A stretch of 44,277 nucleotides of DNA from an uncultured Syntrophomonadaceae bacterium (GTDB lineage Bacteria > Bacillota > Dethiobacteria > DTU022 > PWGO01): assembly GCA_964402625.1 (NCBI GenBank), contig CAYODA010000002.1:1-44277 (forward strand), read 5' to 3'. The notes below the pieces were generated by a model that did not search any database, was not told the DNA's origin, and saw only the letters and a list, made by a program, of their open reading frames with translations. Below, piece by piece: positions 1 to 9,276 of the stretch (position 1 is the stretch's first letter; each line of letters opens with the position of its first letter). A program made the translations under genes and the position numbers.

Positions 1-75
1 CTCACGTAGCTCAGGGGTCAGAGCGTATCCTTGGTAAGGATAAGGTCACCGGTTCGAATCCGGTCGTGAGCTCCA
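1..75 (+). tRNA. tRNA-Thr (anticodon GGU), first base cut off by window edge
   Basis: Cloverleaf read by eye: acceptor (g)ctcacg/cgtgagc, D arm gctc-aggggtca-gagc, anticodon arm tatcc-ttGGTaa-ggata, T arm accgg-ttcgaat-ccggt, discriminator t, encoded CCA at 73-75. Confidence 0.85.
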
Positions 76-152
76 GGCGGCGTAGCTCAGCTGGTAAGAG
101 CATGCGGTTCATACCCGCAGAGTCCGGGGTTCGAATCCCTGCGCCGCCACCA
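76..152 (+). tRNA. tRNA-Met (anticodon CAU), elongator type; could alternatively be lysidine tRNA-Ile2
   Basis: Acceptor ggcggcg/cgccgcc (1:72 paired, so not an initiator), D arm gctc-agctggtaa-gagc, anticodon arm tgcgg-ttCATac-ccgca, T loop ttcgaat, encoded CCA 150-152. Starts directly after the CCA of tRNA-Thr. Confidence 0.8.
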
Positions 153-270
153 TTTTATTTTTAATTTTTTTTATTTCTTTCCCTGGGTAAAAATAATAAA
201 ATGTAACATAATAAGAAGCGAGAGGAAATTAATGGAGCCCTGTAGCAAAAACTCCGGGCAGGGACAATTA

Positions 271-1490
271 AGGAGGTTGATTTAAAATGGCCAAGGAGAA
301 GTTTGAAAGGACCAAGCCTCACGTTAATATTGGTACCATAGGTCACGTGGACCACGGCAAGACTACGCTGACGGCGGCGGTGACGTACTGCTTATCCAAT
401 GCCGGTTATGCGGACAAGACGAAGTTTGAGGATATTGACAAGGCGCCCGAGGAAAAGGAGCGTGGCATCACGATTGCCACGGCGCACGTGGAATACGAGA
501 CGGACAACCGTCACTATGCGCACGTGGACTGCCCCGGTCACGCGGACTATGTTAAGAACATGATTACCGGTGCGGCGCAGATGGACGGGTCCGTGCTGGT
601 GGTATCCGCTGCGGACGGTCCCATGCCGCAGACCCGGGAACATATTTTGCTGTCCCGCCAGGTGGGAGTGCCATACATAGTTGTCTTTTTAAACAAGGCG
701 GACATGGTTGATGACGAAGAGCTGCTGGAGCTTGTGGAGATGGAAGTTCGCGACCTGTTAAACGAATACGAGTTTCCCGGGGACGAGGTTCCTGTAGTTA
801 CCGGTTCTGCGTTGAAGGCGCTGGAGTGCGGATGTGGTTCCAGCGAGTGCGAGCACTGTGGCAAGGTATGGGAACTAATGAATGCTATAGACGAATACGT
901 TCCCACTCCCGAGCGAGACAAGGATAAGCCTTATTTGATGCCGATAGAGGACGTATTCAGTATTACGGGCCGCGGCACGGTGGTCACGGGCCGTGTGGAG
1001 CGTGGAGTAATCAAGACGGGTGATGAGGTAGAGATAGTTGGTTTTGCCGAGAAACCCCGTAAGACTGTTGCAACCGGGGTGGAGATGTTCCGCAAGATCC
1101 TGGATGAAGCTGAAGCGGGAGACAACATAGGTGTGCTGCTGCGCGGGGTAGACCGCGACGAGGTAGAGCGCGGGCAAGTTCTGGCCAAGCCCGGTTCTAT
1201 AAACCCGCATACCAAGTTTAAGGCGGAAGTGTATGTATTGAAGAAGGAAGAAGGCGGTCGCCATACGCCGTTTTTCCAGGGTTACAGGCCCCAGTTTTAT
1301 CTCCGTACTACCGACGTAACGGGGGTAATCACGCTTCCGGAAGGAGTAGAGATGGTGATGCCGGGAGACAACGTAAATATGGAGATAGAACTGATAACGC
1401 CGGTAGCCATAGAAGAAGGTCTTCGTTTTGCAGTCCGTGAAGGCGGCAGAACGGTAGGCGCTGGCGTGGTTACCGGGGTGGAAAGTTAAG
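271..1490 (+). repeat. 1220-bp direct repeat copy A (SD + tuf + 1 nt), identical to 16378..17597
   Basis: Identical 400-aa product. Antisense ORFs in other frames are also identical at a constant offset of 16107 nt. Flanks diverge at 270/16377 and 1491/17598. Confidence 0.9.
287..1489 (+). CDS. tuf: elongation factor Tu (copy 1)
   Basis: 400 aa with [10 protein letters not shown]-loop, DCPGH and NKAD GTPase motifs. AGGAGG SD lies 10 nt upstream. Confidence 0.98.
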   Translation: MAKEKFERTKPHVNIGTIGHVDHGKTTLTAAVTYCLSNAGYADKTKFEDIDKAPEEKERGITIATAHVEYETDNRHYAHVDCPGHADYVKNMITGAAQMDGSVLVVSAADGPMPQTREHILLSRQVGVPYIVVFLNKADMVDDEELLELVEMEVRDLLNEYEFPGDEVPVVTGSALKALECGCGSSECEHCGKVWELMNAIDEYVPTPERDKDKPYLMPIEDVFSITGRGTVVTGRVERGVIKTGDEVEIVGFAEKPRKTVATGVEMFRKILDEAEAGDNIGVLLRGVDRDEVERGQVLAKPGSINPHTKFKAEVYVLKKEEGGRHTPFFQGYRPQFYLRTTDVTGVITLPEGVEMVMPGDNVNMEIELITPVAIEEGLRFAVREGGRTVGAGVVTGVES

Positions 1491-1510
1491 TCCTGTGTAG
1501 ATCGATAAAA

Positions 1511-1535
1511 AAGGCGGGGCTCTTTCCCGCCTTTT
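1511..1535 (+). terminator. Rho-independent terminator after tuf copy 1
   Basis: Stem ggcggg (1513-1518) / cccgcc (1526-1531) extended by A:T pairs, 7-nt loop, followed by TTTT. Confidence 0.7.
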
Positions 1536-1640
1536 AATTTTATATCAGAAATAACCTCAAAACCACGATATAGTATTAACCAGGGCAGGAAAGGTAAGCC
1601 AGCACTTTTATTCGATATTTGAATTACAGGGGGAGGAGTG

Positions 1641-1669
1641 TTGACATTCCCCCTGACTTATGTTAGATT
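1641..1669 (+). promoter_or_regulatory. sigma-A type promoter candidate for rpmG-secE-nusG
   Basis: TTGACA (1641-1646), 17-nt spacer, TAGATT (1664-1669). A second extended -10, TGTATAAT, lies at 1682-1689. A 7-bp inverted repeat caggggg/ccccctg (1627-1633/1649-1655) brackets the -35. Confidence 0.45.
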
Positions 1670-1720
1670 GACTTTTGTATTTGTATAATCGATTGTGAAA
1701 GCTGTGGAGGTAGGGATAAC

Positions 1721-1870
1721 ATGAGAGTAAAAATAACGATGGAATGTAGCGAGTGTCGCGAGAGGAATTATCACAATACTAAAAATAAGAAAAATGATCC
1801 CGACCGTATGGAGTTAAAAAAATACTGCCCGGTTTGTAAAAAACATACCGCGCATAAAGAAACCAAGTAA
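1721..1870 (+). CDS. rpmG: 50S ribosomal protein L33 (Cys4 zinc-ribbon form)
   Basis: Hand translation gives [49 protein letters not shown] (49 aa, below the ORF-track cutoff). GGAGG SD upstream; canonical position before secE. Confidence 0.9.
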   Translation: MRVKITMECSECRERNYHNTKNKKNDPDRMELKKYCPVCKKHTAHKETK

Positions 1871-1882
1871 GGGCGGATAAAA

Positions 1883-2074
1883 ATGGGGTTCGTACAGCGT
1901 ATCAGGAAGTATCTTCATGAGGTCCGTGTGGAGTTAAAGAAAGTCCATTGGCCGACCAGGCGCGAATTTGCTGTATTTTTTAGTGTAGTCATTTCTACAA
2001 TTGTAGTGATTGGGATTTTTTTTGCCCTGCTCGACCTGGGATTGACCAATATTATTGAATTGATTGTTAGTTAA
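1883..2074 (+). CDS. secE: preprotein translocase subunit SecE
   Basis: 63 aa with a single C-terminal TM helix and a basic N-terminus (ELKKVHWPTRRE). Located between rpmG and nusG. Confidence 0.9.
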   Translation: MGFVQRIRKYLHEVRVELKKVHWPTRREFAVFFSVVISTIVVIGIFFALLDLGLTNIIELIVS

Positions 2075-2173
2075 GATTCCAGTAATGGGAATAATACAGT
2101 TCAGGTTTTTATATTTAAGAAACACGTTTGATTAGGAGGTAGATGGAAGCTGTCGGATTTGGGTGGTGAAGTC

Positions 2174-2701
2174 ATGACAGATAAAAGATGGTACGTAGTG
2201 CATACGTACGCCGGGTACGAAAACCGGGTAAAGACCAACCTGGAACGACGGGTGGCTTCCATGGAAATGCAGGACAAGATCTTCAGGGTTTTGGTTCCCA
2301 TGGAAAAGGAAGTGACCGGAAAAGGGGGCCAGAGAAAGACTACCCTGAAGAAAGTATTTCCGGGGTACGTCCTGGTAGAAATGATCGTGGATGATGATTC
2401 CTGGTTTGTGGTAAGAAACACCCCCGGAGTAACGGGATTTGTGGGACCCGGCTCCCGTCCTGTACCCTTAAGTGAAGACGAAGTAGAGCGTATTCTAAAA
2501 CAGATGGGCATGTCGGAAGCCAAGCCCAAGATGGATTTTGAAGTTAACCAGGCGGTACGGGTAGTAGACGGTCCTTTTACCAATTTCGAAGGCACTATAG
2601 AAGAAATTAACGAGGAAAAGGGTAAGCTTAAGGTATCAGTTTCCATGTTTGGCAGAGAAACACCTGTAGAACTGGAATTCTTTCAGGTGGAAAAGATATA
2701 A
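2174..2701 (+). CDS. nusG: transcription termination/antitermination factor NusG
   Basis: The [20 protein letters not shown]-terminus is typical of NusG, with a KOW region near the C-terminus. The ORF-track start 2159 (TTG) was replaced by the ATG at 2174. Confidence 0.95.
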   Translation: MTDKRWYVVHTYAGYENRVKTNLERRVASMEMQDKIFRVLVPMEKEVTGKGGQRKTTLKKVFPGYVLVEMIVDDDSWFVVRNTPGVTGFVGPGSRPVPLSEDEVERILKQMGMSEAKPKMDFEVNQAVRVVDGPFTNFEGTIEEINEEKGKLKVSVSMFGRETPVELEFFQVEKI

Positions 2702-2730
2702 AGACTGTGCACGGGGAGGGAAAGAGATAA

Positions 2731-3156
2731 ATGGCAAAAAAAGTGCTGTCTTCCATAAAACTGCAGGTCCCTGCAGGGAAAGCAACACCGGCGCCACCGG
2801 TAGGTCCTGCCCTGGGGCAACACGGCGTTAATATTATGGCCTTTTGCAAGGAGTTTAACGAGCGTACCGCCAACCAGGGAGACGTGGTTATTCCGGTGGA
2901 AATAACGGTTTTTGAGGACCGTTCCTTTACTTTTATCACCAAAACGCCGCCTGCGGCAAAACTATTGTTGAAAGCTGCCGGCGTAGAAAAAGGTTCAGGG
3001 GAGCCCAACCGGGAGAAAGTAGCAACGGTGCCCCGGGATAAAGTTAAGGAGATAGCCGAGCAGAAATTCGAAGATCTGAATGCAAACGATATGGAAGCGG
3101 CTACCCGTATCGTAGAGGGAACCGCTCGCAGTATGGGAATTGTAGTAGAAGGTTAA
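2731..3156 (+). CDS. rplK: 50S ribosomal protein L11
   Basis: 141 aa with the conserved L11 motif [27 protein letters not shown]. Confidence 0.97.
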   Translation: MAKKVLSSIKLQVPAGKATPAPPVGPALGQHGVNIMAFCKEFNERTANQGDVVIPVEITVFEDRSFTFITKTPPAAKLLLKAAGVEKGSGEPNREKVATVPRDKVKEIAEQKFEDLNANDMEAATRIVEGTARSMGIVVEG

Positions 3157-3220
3157 CAGGGTTGTCAGGCAAAAGTGGGAGGGAGACCCCCGATTACCAC
3201 CACAAGGAGAGGATAGAGCA

Positions 3221-3928
3221 ATGCCTAAAAAAGGAAAGCGGTTGCAGGATGCTGAGAAAAGGATAGACCCGTTCCAGTATTATGAGCCCAGGGAGGCGCT
3301 GGGCCTGGTTAAAGAGCTGGCCGGTGCCAGCTTCGATGAAACGGTTGAAGTGGCAGTGAAGCTGGGCGTAAACCCCCGTCACGCTGACCAGCAAGTCCGG
3401 AGTGCAGTAGTACTCCCCCATGGAACCGGCAAAGATACGACCGTCCTGGTTTTTGCACAGGGCGATAAGGCTAAAGAAGCAGAAGAAGCCGGAGCCGATT
3501 ACGTGGGGGGCGAAGAGCTGGCTTCCAAGATACAGGAAGGCTGGCTGGATTTCGATATGGCTATAGCTACTCCCGATATGATGAGTGTAGTAGGAAAGCT
3601 GGGTAAAGTGCTGGGACCCCGTGGCCTTATGCCCAACCCCAAGAGTGGAACGGTTACCAACGAGCTGGATAGATCAGTAAAAGAAGCCAAGGCCGGTAAG
3701 GTAGAGTTTAGAACAGACAAGTCCGGCAATGTGCACGTTCCATTGGGTAAAACTTCATTTGAACTGGATAAGCTGGAAGATAATTTTAATGCAGTAATGG
3801 AAGCTATTGTTAATTCCCGCCCCTCGGGTGCGCGTGGACAGTACATCAGGAAAGTAGCGGTAAGTTCAACTATGGGGCCGGGTATAAAAGTGTCACCCCA
3901 GAAAGCATCATCGGTGGCCGCCGGTTAG
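3221..3928 (+). CDS. rplA: 50S ribosomal protein L1
   Basis: 235 aa, MPKKGKR...[23 protein letters not shown]. Synteny after rplK. Confidence 0.97.
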   Translation: MPKKGKRLQDAEKRIDPFQYYEPREALGLVKELAGASFDETVEVAVKLGVNPRHADQQVRSAVVLPHGTGKDTTVLVFAQGDKAKEAEEAGADYVGGEELASKIQEGWLDFDMAIATPDMMSVVGKLGKVLGPRGLMPNPKSGTVTNELDRSVKEAKAGKVEFRTDKSGNVHVPLGKTSFELDKLEDNFNAVMEAIVNSRPSGARGQYIRKVAVSSTMGPGIKVSPQKASSVAAG

Positions 3929-3934
3929 AAAGTC

Positions 3935-4075
3935 CGGAGCAAAGGGAAGAAAAATTATATAAGCGCCGAAGACCGCAGGTGCTTAAAGCTTAATTGTCCT
4001 GCTGTGACAACCTGCCTAGGCCGAATTAGCTCAGTAAAGTGCTTTCGTGTCTAGGGGAGCACTTTATTTTATTGG
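3935..4075 (+). promoter_or_regulatory. rplJ (L10) leader with terminator-like attenuator hairpin
   Basis: 159-nt untranslated gap. Hairpin aaagtgc (4036-4042) / gcacttt (4059-4065) is followed by ATTTTATT just before the rplJ SD. Upstream gcaggt can pair with either cctgc or acctgc, giving alternative folds. Confidence 0.45.
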
Positions 4076-4087
4076 AGGAGGGATTAA

Positions 4088-4612
4088 ATGATAACCAGGC
4101 AGCAGAAAGAGGAAAAAGTTCAGGAAATAAAGCAGGATATGCAGGAGTCCGGATTTCTTGTACTTACAGATTACCGGGGGTTGAATGTGAAAGATATAAG
4201 TGAACTCAGGCGTACCCTCAAGCAGGAAGGCTGTAAGTATAAAGTGGTAAAGAATAACCTGGCAAAGATAGCAGCTAAAGAAACGGGACTGGATGACATT
4301 AATGATTACCTGGAGGGCCCCGTAGCCATAGCATACACTTCCGAAGACCCTATTGCACTGGCCAAGGCTTTAACCAAGGCGGATAAAGACTACAAGAGCC
4401 TTTCCTTGAAGGTAGCTTACCTGGACGGCAAGATCCTTGAGCCTTCCGACATCAAGGATCTAGGCGAAATACCTTCTAAAGAAGTATTGCAGGCCAGGCT
4501 CTGTGGAGCGCTGCAGGGTCCCATATCAGGATTTGCCAACGTGCTGCAGGCTAACTTGCGCAATCTCGTATACGCCCTGGAAGCAATCCGGGAACAGAAA
4601 GAGGCGGGATAG
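4088..4612 (+). CDS. rplJ: 50S ribosomal protein L10
   Basis: 174 aa, L10-like (LTDYRGLNVKDISELRRTLK). GGAGGAGGG SD. Confidence 0.96.
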   Translation: MITRQQKEEKVQEIKQDMQESGFLVLTDYRGLNVKDISELRRTLKQEGCKYKVVKNNLAKIAAKETGLDDINDYLEGPVAIAYTSEDPIALAKALTKADKDYKSLSLKVAYLDGKILEPSDIKDLGEIPSKEVLQARLCGALQGPISGFANVLQANLRNLVYALEAIREQKEAG

Positions 4613-4691
4613 AAAAACAGAAGATGGAAATAAAGTGTTAGGTGCAAGGTTATAACATTTAATTTTTACAATAATAAGGAGGTAACTTGTT

Positions 4692-5075
4692 ATGTCAAAG
4701 GTAAACGAAGTAATAGAAACGGTTAAGGGAATGACTGTGCTTGAGCTTTCTGAGCTGGTCAAGGCCCTGGAGGAAGAATTTGGTGTAAGCGCCTCTGCTC
4801 CTGCCGCGGTGGCTGCCGCACCGGCTGCAGCGCCTGCTGAGGGCGGGGAAGAGGAAGAAGAACAGACTGAATTTGACGTGGTTCTTAACGATGCCGGTGA
4901 GAAGAAGATTCAGGTAATCAAGGTAGTCAGGGAGCTAACAGGCCTGGGGCTTAAAGAAGCCAAGGCCATGGTAGACGAACTTCCCAAGCCGGTGAAAGAA
5001 AAGACCAGCAAAGAAGAAGCAGATGACATGAAAGCAAAGATTGAAGAAGCCGGTGGAACTGTAGAAATAAAGTAA
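4692..5075 (+). CDS. rplL: 50S ribosomal protein L7/L12
   Basis: 127 aa with an Ala/Pro-rich hinge and the conserved C-terminal domain ([19 protein letters not shown]). Confidence 0.97.
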   Translation: MSKVNEVIETVKGMTVLELSELVKALEEEFGVSASAPAAVAAAPAAAPAEGGEEEEEQTEFDVVLNDAGEKKIQVIKVVRELTGLGLKEAKAMVDELPKPVKEKTSKEEADDMKAKIEEAGGTVEIK

Positions 5076-5097
5076 CTTTTCCAGAAAAAAAGCCAAT

Positions 5098-5135
5098 AAA
5101 AAAGCGGCCGGAAAAAGATTCTGGCCGCTTTTTTA
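5098..5135 (+). terminator. Rho-independent terminator/attenuator after rplL
   Basis: Stem gcggcc (5104-5109) / ggccgc (5123-5128) extended by A:T pairs, followed by TTTTTT. Confidence 0.7.
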
Positions 5136-5328
5136 TTGACATAATAAGAAGCATATGATAACATGTAAAAATGCTTAGTGATATAAACAGGTGTATTGTT
5201 TATTATTACTTTCCACCAGCGTGATGAATGTATTTCTACCATTTAAAATGGAGCTCACCGGTAATTTTAATATACCAAACAAATATCCAGCAAGTTTTAT
5301 TTTTTTTCTTTTTTGACGCAATGAATAG

Positions 5329-5357
5329 TTTACATGCCCAAAAGGAAAGACTATTAT
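5329..5357 (+). promoter_or_regulatory. candidate rpoBC promoter
   Basis: TTTACA (5329-5334), 17-nt spacer, TATTAT (5352-5357). Flanked by an 11-bp inverted repeat at 5334-5344/5373-5383. Confidence 0.3.
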
Positions 5358-5430
5358 AATGGCTGTTTGTCTCTTTTGGGCATAATTTTGTCTGTTTTAA
5401 AATATTGGGGAATGAGGAGTGATAATCTCT

Positions 5431-8400
5431 ATGGCGCATTTTCAAGACGTGGTAACGGGTAAAAGGAAAAGGCGAAGCTACGCCCGGATAGAGGAGGCCC
5501 GGGAGCTGCCTGACCTTATTGAGGTGCAGAAAAGCTCCTACCGGTGGTTCCTGGAAAAGGGTCTCAGGGAAATGTTCGATGACATTTCGCCTATAGAAGA
5601 CTTCACCGGCAACCTGGTGCTGGAGTTTGTAGACTACAGCATGGGTGAGTCCAAGTATTCTGTAGAGGAGTGTAAAGAAAGAGATGCTACTTATGCCGTT
5701 CCCCTTAGAGTTAAAGTCCGCTTGATAAATAAAGAAACAGGAGAAGTAAAAGAACAGGAAGTATTTATGGGGGACTTCCCCAAGATGACCGAAAACGGCA
5801 CTTTTATCATTAACGGTGCAGAAAGAGTTATAGTCAGCCAGCTGGTGAGATCCCCGGGAGTGTACTACAGCCGCAAGCTTGATTTTAGTGGAAAAGATCT
5901 ATACAACGCTACCATTATACCCAACAGGGGTGCCTGGCTGGAATTTGAAACCGATGCCAACGATGCCATTTATGTACGGGTCGATCGCACCCGCAAACTT
6001 CCTGTTACCGTCTTAATCAGGGCCATAGGATATGACGGGGCCCAAGATGTACTGGATTTATTCGATCATGACCGGCGTATCCTGGACCTGTTGGAAAAGG
6101 ACCATACCGACAGCACGGAATCCGCCCTTCTGGAAATATACCGGAGGCTACGTCCGGGAGAGCCTTTAAACGTAGAAAATGCCCGCAGTCTTTTTGAATC
6201 TCTTTTTTATGATCCCAAGAGATACGATTTTGCCCATGTAGGGCGTTTTAAGATGAATAAGAAGCTGGCGTTGAAGTCGCGCATACTGCACCAGGAGCTG
6301 GCTGAAGATGTGAAGGATCCTGCTTCCGGAAAGGTTTTGGCTACCCAGGGGACCGTTGTAAGCCAGGAGCTGGCTGAAGAGATTGAAAATACCGGCGTAG
6401 CCAGTGTCCGGGTAATGGCAGCAAAAGGAGAAAGCGTCCCTGTAATTAGTAACCACGGGGTAGAAGATAGGACCAAAAACCTGACTTCAAATGATATAAT
6501 TGCTTCTGTCAACTATATCTTAAACCTGATGGATGGCATCGGGAATACCGACGATATAGACCACCTGGGTAATCGCCGACTGAGGAGTGTAGGAGAGCTG
6601 CTGCAGAATCAATTCCGTATAGGTCTCTCCCGGATGGAAAGGGTGGTCCGGGAAAGAATGACTATTCAAGACGTAGAATCTATCACGCCCCAGGCCTTGA
6701 TTAACATCAGGCCGGTTAAGGCTTCTATAAACGAATTTTTTGGAAGCAGTCAGCTATCTCAGTTCATGGATCAAACCAACCCCTTATCGGAGCTAACCCA
6801 CAAGCGGAGGCTGAGTGCCCTGGGTCCCGGGGGGTTGAGCCGTGAAAGGGCCGGTTTTGAGGTAAGAGACGTCCATCATTCTCACTACGGCAGAATATGC
6901 CCTATTGAAACACCTGAAGGGCCCAACATTGGCCTCATCGGTTCACTCAGCACCTACAGCCGAATTAACGAACACGGCTTTATTGAAACCCCTTACCGCA
7001 AGGTAAATAAAGAAGATAAGCGGGTTACAGGGGATATAGCCTACCTGGCTGCCGACGATGAAGACAATTACGTGGTAGCACAGGCCAACGCTCTACTTGA
7101 TGAGAACGGGTACTTCCTTGATGACAGGGTCATATGCCGGTATCGCCATGAAACGGTAATCAGGAGCCCCGAAGAGATAGACTTCATGGACGTTTCTCCC
7201 AAGCAGCTGGTTAGTGTAGCCACGGCATTGATACCTTTCCTGGAAAACGACGACGCCAACCGGGCCTTAATGGGTTCCAACATGCAGCGTCAAGCAGTGC
7301 CTCTCCTGGTTTCCGAGGCCCCGCTGGTGGGTACAGGCATAGAAGATAAAGCCGCCCGTGACTCTGGCGTGGTAATTGTGGCGCGTAGTCCCGGAGAAGT
7401 GGTCCGGGCCACCTCCAACGAAATAGTGATTAAAAGAGAAGGAGATTCAGACAGGAACAACTACCAGGTGCACGGGAGGACGGGGGAAAAGTTCCCTATA
7501 ACTTCTGCTCACGCTTATGCACCGGAAGCTTGCGATATTTACGAGCTGCAGAAATACAAGCGTTCCAACCAGGGCACCTGCATGAATCAGCGGCCGCTGG
7601 TGCAAAAGGGCCAAAAGGTGGAAGAAAAAGAGGTAATTGCCGACGGACCTTCCACGGAGATGGGCGAACTGGCCATGGGCAAAAACGTGCTGGCGGCTTT
7701 CCTGCCCTGGGAAGGGTATAATTACGAGGATGCCATCCTGGTCAGTGAGCGGCTGGTTAACGAAGATGTTTTTACTTCCATTCATATAGAAGAATACGAA
7801 GCAGAAGCCAGGGATACCAAGCTGGGTCCGGAAGAGATAACGCGAGAAATTCCTAACGTGGGTGATGAAGCCCTGAAAGACCTGGATCCTTACGGCATTA
7901 TCCGGATAGGGGCCGAAGTAAGGGCCGGCGATATCCTGGTAGGTAAAGTCACTCCCAAGGGAGAGACCGAGCTAACTGCCGAGGAGCGCTTGCTGCGGGC
8001 TATTTTTGGTGAAAAAGCCCGGGAAGTAAGGGATACCTCTTTAAGGGTTCCCCACGGTGAGTCGGGAATAGTAGTAGACGTTAAAGTATTTAACCGGGAG
8101 GAAGGGGACGAACTCTCACCTGGCGTAAACCAGCTGGTGCGTGTCTACGTGGCTCAGAAGAGGAAGCTATCCGAGGGAGACAAGATGGCGGGAAGACACG
8201 GGAACAAAGGAGTAATAGCCCGCATACTACCCCAGGAAGATATGCCTTTTATGCCCGACGGTACTCCGGTTGATGTCGCTTTAAACCCCCTGGGAGTGCC
8301 TTCCCGTATGAATATTGGGCAGGTGCTGGAAGCTCACCTGGGCTGGGCTGCTAACATGCTGGGGATTCATATTGCTTCCCCGGTATTTGACGGAGCCAAT

Positions 8401-9192
8401 GAGCACGATGCTTTTGAGGCCCTGGAGGAAGCCGGGCTGCCACGCAGCGGAAAGACAGTGATGTACGACGGCAGAACGGGTGTGGCGTTTGATAATGAAG
8501 TCTCAGTAGGGTACATCTATATGTTAAAGCTGGCGCACCTGGTTGATGATAAGATTCATGCCCGATCTACCGGCCCTTATTCCCTGGTAACCCAGCAGCC
8601 CCTGGGAGGCAAAGCGCAGTTTGGAGGACAGAGGTTCGGGGAAATGGAGGTTTGGGCCCTGGAAGCCTACGGTGCTTCTTATACCCTGCAGGAACTCTTA
8701 ACGGTTAAGTCCGACGATGTAGTAGGAAGGGTGAAAACGTACGAATCAATTGTAAAAGGCGAAAACGTACCCGAACCCGGGGTGCCCGAGTCCTTTAAGG
8801 TTCTGGTAAAGGAACTGCAGAGTCTCAGCCTGGATGTCAAGGTGCTCAGTGAAGAAGAACACGAAGTAGAAATAAGAGAAGGAGAAGATGAAGGAGACTA
8901 CCGGGACCTGGATATAAACATCGAAGGTGCTGAAACCGATGACCTGGAAGATAAAAAGGCCGGTGGTAAAACCGCCCCTGCCCTGGAAGCAGGACAGGGG
9001 GAAACAGGGGAAGAGCAGGAAGGTCACAATGCCGGCGTTGAGCAAGGCCAAGATGAAACAGAAGACAGTGATCTGGCTGAAGAAGAAAAGGAGGCCTATG
9101 CCGACCGGGAAGAAAGCATGGATAGCCTGAGTGTGGGGAGCAGAGAAGAAATCTCCAAAGACATGACGGAAGGTGACGAAGCTGAAGAATAA
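5431..9192 (+). CDS. rpoB: DNA-directed RNA polymerase subunit beta
   Basis: Conserved RpoB blocks ([45 protein letters not shown]). I chose the ATG at 5431 because the track's GTG at 5419 abuts the GAGGAG SD. Confidence 0.97.
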   Translation: MAHFQDVVTGKRKRRSYARIEEARELPDLIEVQKSSYRWFLEKGLREMFDDISPIEDFTGNLVLEFVDYSMGESKYSVEECKERDATYAVPLRVKVRLINKETGEVKEQEVFMGDFPKMTENGTFIINGAERVIVSQLVRSPGVYYSRKLDFSGKDLYNATIIPNRGAWLEFETDANDAIYVRVDRTRKLPVTVLIRAIGYDGAQDVLDLFDHDRRILDLLEKDHTDSTESALLEIYRRLRPGEPLNVENARSLFESLFYDPKRYDFAHVGRFKMNKKLALKSRILHQELAEDVKDPASGKVLATQGTVVSQELAEEIENTGVASVRVMAAKGESVPVISNHGVEDRTKNLTSNDIIASVNYILNLMDGIGNTDDIDHLGNRRLRSVGELLQNQFRIGLSRMERVVRERMTIQDVESITPQALINIRPVKASINEFFGSSQLSQFMDQTNPLSELTHKRRLSALGPGGLSRERAGFEVRDVHHSHYGRICPIETPEGPNIGLIGSLSTYSRINEHGFIETPYRKVNKEDKRVTGDIAYLAADDEDNYVVAQANALLDENGYFLDDRVICRYRHETVIRSPEEIDFMDVSPKQLVSVATALIPFLENDDANRALMGSNMQRQAVPLLVSEAPLVGTGIEDKAARDSGVVIVARSPGEVVRATSNEIVIKREGDSDRNNYQVHGRTGEKFPITSAHAYAPEACDIYELQKYKRSNQGTCMNQRPLVQKGQKVEEKEVIADGPSTEMGELAMGKNVLAAFLPWEGYNYEDAILVSERLVNEDVFTSIHIEEYEAEARDTKLGPEEITREIPNVGDEALKDLDPYGIIRIGAEVRAGDILVGKVTPKGETELTAEERLLRAIFGEKAREVRDTSLRVPHGESGIVVDVKVFNREEGDELSPGVNQLVRVYVAQKRKLSEGDKMAGRHGNKGVIARILPQEDMPFMPDGTPVDVALNPLGVPSRMNIGQVLEAHLGWAANMLGIHIASPVFDGANEHDAFEALEEAGLPRSGKTVMYDGRTGVAFDNEVSVGYIYMLKLAHLVDDKIHARSTGPYSLVTQQPLGGKAQFGGQRFGEMEVWALEAYGASYTLQELLTVKSDDVVGRVKTYESIVKGENVPEPGVPESFKVLVKELQSLSLDVKVLSEEEHEVEIREGEDEGDYRDLDINIEGAETDDLEDKKAGGKTAPALEAGQGETGEEQEGHNAGVEQGQDETEDSDLAEEEKEAYADREESMDSLSVGSREEISKDMTEGDEAEE

Positions 9193-9276
9193 GGACTGAT
9201 TTAAGTAAGTACAGGTTGTTGTGCAGGTGTCGGCAGGATGGTTGACAGGGATATTTAAAACAAGGGAGTGGTTTGG

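Noticed and set aside
206-219. 14-nt exact match acataataagaagc at 206-219 and 5139-5152, upstream of tuf copy 1 and downstream of rplL. The 12-nt gggcagggacaa is also shared by 257-268 and 43147-43158.
   Set aside because: A rough expectation for a 14-mer match between any two positions in 44 kb of sequence, with these segments being AT-rich, is of order one or more. There is no consistent position relative to promoters or starts.
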